From positions 114,873-134,872 of the forward strand of contig MU057936.1 in the NCBI GenBank assembly GCA_013265495.1: 20,000 nucleotides of DNA, given 5' to 3'. This document shows, in pieces, positions 11,803 through 20,000 of the stretch (position 1 is the stretch's first letter; every line of letters starts with the position of its first letter). A program made the translations under genes and the position numbers. The notes beneath the pieces are model-generated. The model ran no database searches. It was given only the letters and a program-made list of their open reading frames with translations, and was not told where the DNA came from. The DNA comes from Vicugna vicugna. Its lineage: Eukaryota.

Positions 11803-11966
11803 CCTTGCTACTCAAAGTGTGTTCCACAGACACCAGCAGTACTGGCATTATTTGGGAGTTGCTAGAAATGCAGGTTCCTGACCAGACCCCAGATCAACTT
11901 AATCAGAATCTGTATTTTAATGGGATCCTTAGTGATTCATGTACAAGTTAAAGATTGAGAAGCACT
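11803..11966 (+). mobile_element. MER5A1-like DNA transposon
   Basis: TGCTACTCAAAGTGTG...TAGAAATGCAG...AATCAGAATCTGTATTTTAA...GTGATTCATGTACA..TTAAAG.TTGAGAAGCACT. Confidence 0.85.
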
Positions 11967-12344
11967 CAAGGCCTCCTCTTAGCCCTTTGTTGGGCTCAAC
12001 TTCTACTAACAGTAGTCATATCCAGGCAGATGGGAGAGAGTAAAACTTCACCATTTTGTACCGTATTCTTCAACACATTACCCCACATGTCCACCTCCCA
12101 GCAGGCTCTGTTTGCCACTCACTTGGTCCAGTTTGCAATGGTGAGTCAGTTTGTTTGTTGCAGCTGGCATCAATATTCTAGACTCAGTGGTTCTCAACCA
12201 CCTTGCTCTCTTATGCTCCCACTTTTGAGAGGTTTGATTCTCCCTGTATCTCGTGCATCTGGTTATGTGTTAACTGATGGATGAAGATGAATGATGATGC
12301 CTTTCCAAGGGCACCTCAGATAGCCACCTTGAAGATTCTGAGGG

Positions 12345-12550
12345 AGGGTGGACTTCAGAATGGTGGTGTGAGGAGTTTGAGGAAATCTTATCCCTGAAGA
12401 TACATTGATGCCCCTGGTGAAATTGGCCTAGATGATCATTCAAAGTCTCTAAAGATCCATCAAAAGACTTACAACAAAGTGGGAAGCATTTATTTAACTA
12501 AGTGTATGAAAACTAAGCAAGAATGGTGGGAGGCCATGGCATTCAAACTG
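12345..12550 (+). mobile_element. Possible old L1M 5'-end fragment
   Basis: GGACTTCAGAATGGTGGTGTGAGGAG...TACAACAAAGTGGGAAGCATTTATT resembles ancient L1M 5' termini; recall only. Confidence 0.4.
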
Positions 12551-13424
12551 GAGAAGGTACCCAGGCCCCCATAGTTGTGCCTTGTATAAGAGTGGTGTCA
12601 GTGGACTGAGCACCTGAGGGCAGCTCCCATCGTCCTAATTTATGGAGTGGGTAAGCTCTTCTGAATGGAAGATCACTGGTTTTCATGCATAGCATAGAAT
12701 CAGGTTGATGAACACCAGTCTTTTTTTTTTTTTCCAACTATCACATTGGAGTGAAATAAGCAAAGCTGGGATTTCTTATAACTCACTGTCTTTACTTGAC
12801 AAGATGTCCCAAATTTTAATAAAGCAAGAAGGATGAAGTAGAATCATACACACATTCAGTCATATTCTGAATTCTGAAACACATTCAATATGTTCTCTTC
12901 AGTGCCTATTAAAATAAATTTTTAGTGGTTTGAATGTTTTTACCAATTCACTGTCATTTTCATTTCAATATTTGAACACTCTTTTGGTCATAGGTTTTAA
13001 GATTTTGTGTGTGCCTTCAAGGGGGCTGCATCGACTTCCATAAATTTAATGGATAGGCACCGCCAATGCTCATGATCCCCCTGGAATATCATTTTTATTT
13101 TCTATATTAGAGACAGGCTTTTTTTTTTTAAGAGAAAGGAGCAAGATGTTTACAGAGGAAAACCAAGTTTGGTTTTCACTTGTTGCTTACGTTTCTGAGT
13201 TCAGTGTCAAATAATTTGAGAGAAAATAGAGATAAAAGTTGTATTTTCAAATACAGTATAAAATAATTTATTCCATGCTTTCTGTTTCTACGTTCATTTA
13301 TGATATATTTTAAATTCATGATCTTTCCTATTTTCTTTTGCTCCATGTTTACTCCTAAGCCCCTATATGAAGTAGCGGGGGAAGGGGGAGAGATGGGGAG
13401 CAATAGAAATGAAAAGGGCATTTT

Positions 13425-13541
13425 TTTGAAGACTTTTTTTTGGAGAATTAGGTTTATTTTTAATGGAGGTGCTGGGGATTGAACCCAGGACCTCGTGCAT
13501 GCTAAGCACATGCTCTACGACTGGGCTATTTACCCTCCTCC
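13425..13541 (-). mobile_element. tRNA-Ala(AGC)-derived SINE (camelid Vic-1-like) with 14-bp target-site duplication
   Basis: Minus strand GGAGGAGGGTAAATAGCCCAGTCGTAGAGCATGTGCTTAGCATGCACGAGGTCCTGGGTTCAATCCCCAGCACCTCCA (A box, B box). TSD GAAAAGGGCATTTT at 13411-13424 and 13542-13555, at a TTTT/AAAA L1 endonuclease site. Confidence 0.92.
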
Positions 13542-14806
13542 GAAAAGGGCATTTTAAAATAAAGTGTACACAATTTACTTTTTCTCATTTAAAAAAATTA
13601 CTCTTTTCATTGCTTTTGTTTGTTTGTTTCTGTCACATTTAGTCTCTCACAGGATCTACTTACAGACTGTTTTGGGAATAAGACAGCAGTGACTCAGATT
13701 TTCTGAAAACACACACACTTCATTCAACCCTTTTCTTGCCCTGGCTTTAGGAATTGCCTTTCTCTCTAACTTCAGACTTAATCTTTTAGACTTTGCAGTT
13801 GTTACAGAAAACACACATACCAAGCTCACGTTTTGTAGAGCATGATCTGAATAATAAAATAAACAAAGAATGTGTAAGACTACTATATTAACCAGGGGTG
13901 AGTGATGACACCTGGCATGCAGGACTTTTTTAAAATTTATTTTTGTTATAATCAGTTCCAAAATGTCATTATTCTTGGCCATCTGCTGTATGGTAAAAAT
14001 AATCTTGTTTTACAGAAGGATCCTTCTAATTTGCATTGATTAAAATAAGGATCTTAGACCTGTGTAGCCTAAACATTGCATTGTATTATGTAATATATGC
14101 AAAAGTCTTGAAATAGGCTGTAAATGCTGTTTCCTCTCCATTTCCTCTGCAGCCCCCCCCCCAGGAGCCCCAAGAGATTCCCTCTTCTAGAACAGCCCTT
14201 CAGTGGGTGCAGTTGTTCTCACCATTCTATAGGGAGATCACTGAAGTCCTGAAAGAAGTGAGAGACCATAAATGTCAGGGCACCGTGCTCTCCAGTGCAG
14301 GTTTCTTTTATACTGAAATACTTTATATGGTATCTAATGTATCATGAGCTTGTTTAACAAAGCTCGGTCTACTCAGCTGGTTCACCTAATTAACAAGTAC
14401 CTTCTACTGTCTCTGTCAAGCAAGCCGGCTGACGAGAAGGGCAGACTCAAGGCTGAGGGCTAGTAGGCTACTCTTTTGTTGGTCCACTCCCATGGGGAGG
14501 TGAATGTTTACCAAGAATGGTCTGTGTTTGTTATGAGATTCCTTACAGTGCTTGTACATGTTCTGGTAACTGAATAATTTAATTAAGATGTAAAAGCAAT
14601 ACCAGCAGTATAAGAGAGAATAGGTAATACTTAAAGCTAAGTTGAATACTTTGGTATGATTGCATAAAGGTGAGAAAAAATATTGTCCAACTAAATGTGG
14701 GAAAAACAATGTGAAAAATTATAAATGACATGAAAAAAATCTAGATGGTGTCTAATTCCAGGTTAACTCCTCAGTCTTGAATTCATTATGCACTTAAAAA
14801 TAATCT

Positions 14807-14898
14807 GGAGGGGTGGGAATAGCTCAGTGGTAGAGTGCGTGCTTAGCATGCACAATGTCCTGAGTTCAATCCCCAGTGCCTCCATTTAAAAAAATAAT
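14807..14898 (+). mobile_element. tRNA-Ala(AGC)-derived SINE (Vic-1-like)
   Basis: TAGCTCAGTGGTAGAGTGCGTGCTTAGCATGCACAATGTCCTGAGTTCAATCCCCAGTGCCTCCA plus A-rich tail; flanking direct repeat AATAATCT at 14799-14806 and 14899-14906. Confidence 0.9.
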
Positions 14899-14906
14899 AA
14901 TAATCT

Positions 14907-15260
14907 AATAGATAATCTGAATAGGCCTCTTGTCTATTAAGAAAATCGAATCAATAATTAACTTTCCAACAGAATGCCCTGTGTCCCAGAGGGTTCCCTG
15001 ATGAACTCTACCAATTCGGTTAAGGAACAAATTAGATCAGTTGTCTACAGTCTCTTCCAGAAGATAAAAGCTGAGGGAATGCTTCCTAACTCATCCTGTG
15101 GGGCCAGCATTATCCTAATACCAAAGGCAGATGAAGACATTCCAAGAAATGAGCACACCAGCATCTCTCATGAACATACAGGCAAAAATCCTCAACAAAT
15201 ATTAGCAGATCAAATATAATAATGTATTAAAAATATTGTTTATCAAGACCAATTTGGTGT
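14907..15260 (+). mobile_element. LINE-1 ORF2 fragment (Z domain / RT start), degenerate
   Basis: ORF 14974..15219 LFQKIKAEGMLPNSSCGASIILIPKADEDI matches ORF2p LFQKIE.EG.LPNSFYEASI.LIPKP.KD; continues as AAAAATCCTCAACAAATATTAGCA. Confidence 0.88.
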
Positions 15261-15399
15261 AGGTAGGCCTTTATAGGGTGTTGTGTCCAAATCACCATAA
15301 ATATTGTAAACAATTTCCCTCTCTCTAGAGAAGCAAGTGCACAAGAGTTCACCTCCAAGTAAACTGCCAACCCTAAAATAAATTTGTCTCACAGTCACG

Positions 15400-16050
15400 T
15401 TTTTAATTACAAAAAACAGCACGCTTACAAAAAGACGCCTATGAATTTAACCAGTAACAGTTAAATGAGTGCTGCATGCCTGACACCAAATTTGAAGCAG
15501 AATATTATCAGTACCTCAGAGTCTCCTGTCTGCTCCTCACTGATCTCCCTTCCTCTGTTCAAGAGTGACTCCTCGTCCAAGTGCACATTACTTATTCTGC
15601 TTTTATCCTACATGTTGAGCATATAAACAATTTGTTACTCAGTTTTACCTAATTTAGTGTTACATGAATGTAATCCCAGAGCATGTCTCTTTTTTGAACT
15701 TCATACTGATACATGCAGCTGCTGGACATTAATTTTTTCTGTTGTATAATATCCAGTGCGTATTCTTTTCCAGTGAAGAAATTATTTCATTCTCTCATGG
15801 AAGACCATGTGGGCGAATTCCACTTTTTGCCCTTAAGGACAGTGCTGCTCAGGACATCCTGTGAGCACTGCTTTGCACATGTGTGTGAGCGTTACCTCCT
15901 AGAGAATGGAACTGTGCCCAATCACGTGTGCTCCTGTTCACCACGTGATACCAGTCTCTTCCCCAGTTTGGACTTCTACTCACACCATTTTGGTTGTTCC
16001 ATTTCTCCATGAACACTTAGTATTTTCCAAATGTTTGATTTTTGTAGGTT
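15400..16050 (-). mobile_element. Very old L1 3' end (L1ME-like)
   Basis: T-rich degenerate L1 3' UTR/ORF2 texture (AGAATATTATCAGTACCTCAGA, CACTTAGTATTTTCCAAATGTTTGATTTTTG). Confidence 0.55.
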
Positions 16051-16959
16051 CTCTTTTTGAGGTTTGATCATCTATTCTGGCATATCGGTACTAGCAGACT
16101 GTCAGAACAGTGATGGTATAAAATCACCCTATTTCTGTTTACTAAGGAGAGCCAGTATGTTGGCCTCATTCCACTTTTACAGCATTGCTTTCAGCCTAGA
16201 AAATGTCAGCTGATGATTCTGTGGGGAAATACCAAATTATTTGATGTTAGTAGAGCCTGTTAATTTGAATATTCCTAGCTAAAGGGACAGTTTCCAGAAA
16301 ATGGCATCAATATCCCACACAGGAGTGAGCATAAATATTTAGAGACACTTTCCCGGTGAAGGATTATAGAGACTGCTTTAAAATTAGAGTGCACAATGCA
16401 ATTTTAATTTTTTTCTATCTCACTTATATTTCACAGAGTTCTTTTGTATTCTAGAGGCTAGATGTCTTATAAAATTGAAATATGTTCTTTTCATCTGTAT
16501 TTATACCTACAAATAGAAATTTTAAGAGGTTAAAAGTGTATCAGTCTAGATTCAAGAATATGGGGAAAATAAAATTCTTTTTTCACTTGACTTTTTTCAA
16601 CACGAAATAACTTTCATTGCCACTTTAATGTAAAGAAACATTGGTGAATATGCAACTGATGTTTAAGGCATGATTAATAGCACTGTCTTTTCTATAATAA
16701 TTTATTACAGAAATTGGTTTTAACACATTCAAGAGACTTGTGAATAATCTATGCAGTGCCATTTTATAAATGCTTTAAAACAGATGATAGCATATTATTA
16801 GAAACTGCTTCAAACATGAAGGATAAAAAATCAAGCCTCCTAATGATTAACTTAGAATCTATGTTCTTATTATTCAAGTTGCTTTTATCATCTCTAAATG
16901 TTACCTCCAATTAAAATGCAGCTGCCATTTGTTATTTATTTTTGCCCACAAGTAAGATG

Positions 16960-17205
16960 TGAGACAAACTCAGAGACAGGAGAGGTCCTCAAAGCAGGCA
17001 GAGAAAGACATATATTGAACAAACACCAAGTTTGACAACGAAGAGTGAAGGGACAATTGAATTTTCTGGAGACTGAACTCCAAAGGCCATGATTCTCAGT
17101 TTTAAGAAAATGTTCAAGTGTAGTCTTGGGGAAATGTGGAAGGAAATTAGTGCTTAGCAAAATTTGTTCATATTTTACTAAATGCTTTAAAGCAGTCTGG
17201 TAGCT
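16960..17205 (+). repeat. Direct duplicate of 936-1178 (probable donor copy)
   Basis: See 936-1178; not recognised as a known interspersed repeat. Confidence 0.9.
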
Positions 17206-17269
17206 TTAAAAAGACTCAAGTCTTTGAACACAGGATACAAAGTGTATAAATATATATATACACACACTT

Positions 17270-17375
17270 ACTTTTAAATTGACGGATAGTCAGTTTACAA
17301 TATTGTGTCAATTTCTGGTGTACAGCACAATGCTTCAGTCATACATGAATATACATATATTCGTTTTATATTTTT
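17270..17375 (-). mobile_element. Short L1 3'-terminal fragment, same family as 6088-6600
   Basis: TTTTTAAATTGA...AGTTTACAATATTGTGTCAATTTCTGGTGTACAGCACAAT...CAGTCATACATGAATATACATATATTC aligns to ~6110-6200. Confidence 0.85.
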
Positions 17376-17774
17376 AAGTTTGATCTTTGTAAATTACACT
17401 TGGCCCAGAAGAGAGAAAATGTTTTGAGTATTTTTTCCAAGATATGGACAACTTTAGAGTTTACATAGGAAAGCATTTCATCTGGTCAAATAGAGATTGG
17501 ATTGAGAGAGGGGAAAAGTTTTTAAAGGCAAACTGCAAAACAAACACCTAGAGAAGCAGGTCAGTAATTGCCTTGGGAATTCTTTCACTTGGAAATAATT
17601 TCTTTCTACTTAGAGTCATGAAGACAAGGTAATAGGCTACGCCCCTCCACAACTAGAAAGGAGAAACCAGAGGCCACATTCAGGTTAGAACAGGCTGATT
17701 TTGAGATAAGCTCTGAGCAAAGGTAGTCACAGTGTGGAATGAAGTAATGGTCCAGGTGGGTGTTCCAGCACCTT

Positions 17775-19040
17775 ATCTCATCCTCTTGAATGGGAGCTTC
17801 CCTGGCTGGGGGGCTGGCTGTGCCATATTCTCTCCACTGTCTGTGTGGTCACCTTATCCCCTCGCGTGAACTGAGTACCATCAAGAGGCTGATGTCTCCC
17901 ATATGTATATTTTCAAACCTGACTTCCCACCTTGTTACTGAACCAAACTTAGGTCTCCCTGCCTGATGCGCAGTGAAGTCAGTCTACTGGCACCAGGTTG
18001 TGGTGAAGTAAGTACAGCATTTATTACAGGCCAAGCAAGGAGAACCAGCATGTCATGCTGGAAAGATCTGAATTCCCCAGTGGCTTTCAGGAAAGGGTTT
18101 TTAGGGACATTGTGAAGACTAGGCTCACAATGTGTATGATCAGCTTGTGCTCATTCTCGGATTGGTTGGTAGTGAGATAACAGCAAGATGTTTCAGGAAT
18201 CTCAATCATCAGCCTTCTGGTTCTAACCATCCTGGGTTCTACATGCTTGTGGTCAGCAGGCAGTTAACATTTTCCACTGGGTGGGATTTGAGTATCTGCA
18301 GAACAACTCAGGGATATGTTCAAGATATTATCTACAGCCATTGAAGAGGAAGTAAAGGTCCTTGACTTGATTTTATGGCTCAGCTATTATTATCTGGTCT
18401 TCCTTGACTCTTTTCCTTTGTTTCTCCATTTTCTCATTTCTGTGATTAAATTTGCTCTTTGGAATTCAGGGAAGGCCTAGAAGGCTCAAGCTCTTCTACA
18501 AACAAGAGGAGGACACAGTGGGATCTGTTCCTAGGAAGGCCCCAAAGGGTCCTGCCTGATTTCCACCTGAGCTCCAGATTCAGTTTTCTGGCTACCTGCA
18601 AGACATATCCACTTGCATATCTAATAGGCATCTCATAATTTATATGACATGCCTTTCCCCATCCTTTTTGGCTCCCTGCCAAAGTCCCCAGATTAATGAA
18701 TAGCAACACCTTGAACCCAGGTATTCAATTGCAAACCCTCAACCCTGCATTATTTTCCCAATTTCCCATTGCTCACCTTTGGCCCATAAACAAAGCTTAT
18801 CTCATGTCCAAAATCCATCTAGAATTTGTGCAGGTCTCTTCATTTTCTCCGTGACCACCACAAGTGAAGCCACCATTGTGTCTCTGGACCTGCTCCAGTA
18901 TCTCCTAACTTATCTCCCAGCCTCCACTCTCCTGCTCCCCTGACATTCTTCAAAGCAATGAGAATCCTGGGTTTCATTCAGGGAGATTTATTCTACTTTA
19001 TATTCAATAGCACAAATTTGATCTTTGCCATGACCTTTAA
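17775..19040 (+). mobile_element. L2 LINE remnant, split by the LTR (17775-17932 and 18569-~19040)
   Basis: GCTGATGTCTCCCATATGTATATTTTCAAACCTGACTTCCCACCT|GAGCTCCAGATT...GACATATCCACTTGCATATCTAATAGGCATCTCA...GCCACCATT...TCTCCTAACT matches the L2 consensus pattern. The distal part lies inside the right arm and is mirrored at ~710-937. Confidence 0.8.
17933..18564 (-). mobile_element. ERV1-class solo LTR inserted in an L2
   Basis: Begins TGTTACTGAACC, ~630 nt, flanked by 4-bp direct repeat ACCT (17929-17932 and 18565-18568). AATAAA on the minus strand near 18020-18025. Removing it restores a continuous L2 sequence. Confidence 0.82.
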
Positions 19041-19741
19041 TTTTTCAGCCCTTCTGATGAGGTAGTTTGAGGTTTTTGTGGTATTCTTTTCGTTTAGTGG
19101 AAGAAAGGGTACAATGGAAGGAAAAATACACATCTTTGGATGTTTTGTAAGGGCAATATGCATAACTGGCAGTGTGACCTTGGAAGTCACTGCATCTATG
19201 GGAACGTCAGCTAAGGCTCAGTTACCATTATCCCTGTTGGCAGGGGTGAGACTGTCAAGGAGGGACTCTGCATACCTGCTTCTAGGACCCCCAGGCTGCT
19301 GCCCAGAAGCAACACGTGCTAACATTTCTTAATGAGCTAAACGTTTTCAGGTCAAGTTGAAGACACCCTTTATTTTACTTCCTGTCCAACCCCACTCTTC
19401 ACTTCTTAAGAGTTCACCAGTATTATAAATTCCATACTGTGTTTAAGTATAATATTACCACACACAGGTGTCACGTAGACTAGGACCGCAGATGACCCCT
19501 CCCCCACCCACTCACTCCTTGTTCATTAGGGGAATACTGCTTTTGTATTTTCCATGGTCCCATGCAGTACCTTCTCCGTCCATCTGTGGAGACCCTGAGC
19601 TGCATGTGGATGGGGCATGGGTGCTGGAGAGACTCCTGGATACCTGTTTTAAACTTACAAAGTGAGAGGTGTGCACACGTGAATCAACCAGAGACCTTTA
19701 TTTATTTAAGAACCAATAACTTTATTGGAAGAAATGGTAAC
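18831..19741. repeat. Right arm of the inverted segmental duplication (probably extends further right through the ferritin gene)
   Basis: Reverse complement of 1-937; base 1 pairs with 19741. Confidence 0.97.
19093..19294 (-). pseudogene. Mirror copy of the decayed ferritin 3' fragment
   Basis: Reverse complement of 451-655, in tandem ~630 nt downstream of the intact ferritin-like 3' end. Confidence 0.8.
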
Positions 19742-19859
19742 AATGAAAGAAGAAAAACTTGAGTGAACTTTTTTTTGCAAGGGCAATATTGCCGTATGCA
19801 TGCCAGGCAGGGGGACCTCGGGAAGTCACCCCGTGACCACGGGGAACTCCAGTCCAGGC
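19700..19859 (-). other. 3' UTR and polyadenylation signal of the ferritin-like gene
   Basis: FTH1-like 3' UTR motif GGGGTGACTTCCC after the stop. AATAAA on the minus strand at 19726-19721, followed by TTGGT as in FTH1 mRNA ends and then an A-rich tract (AAATAAATAAA). Confidence 0.8.

Positions 19860-20000
<141 letters not shown>

Noticed and set aside
13463..14885. Possible tRNA-Ala genes at ~13463-13535 and ~14812-14884
   Set aside because: Mismatched stems, A-rich tails and target-site duplications show they are SINEs.

Overview
Mammalian genomic DNA, probably the X chromosome of a camelid (inferred from TMEM47 plus an FTHL17-like ferritin, and from two tRNA-Ala-derived Vic-1-like SINEs). 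The centre holds the CpG island and first coding exon of TMEM47 on the minus strand (10181->9956, GT donor at 9955). The right edge holds the 3' end of an X-linked ferritin-heavy-chain-like (FTHL17-like) CDS on the minus strand. The two window ends (1-~937 and ~18831-19741) are ~97-98% identical inverted copies of the ferritin 3' flank. This implies a second, convergent ferritin-like copy just left of the window, inside presumed TMEM47 intron 1, so TMEM47's promoter and exon 1 lie in the ~18 kb spacer of a ferritin palindrome. The left arm ends in a fold-back junction onto a ~90% identical direct copy of 16960-17205. Each arm also carries an older decayed ferritin 3'-end duplicate. The rest is interspersed repeats (L1, L2, MIR, MER5, MLT1A, an ERV solo LTR, SINEs) and a 787-nt assembly gap. 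All identities are hand counts and repeat subfamily names are from recall, not from searches.
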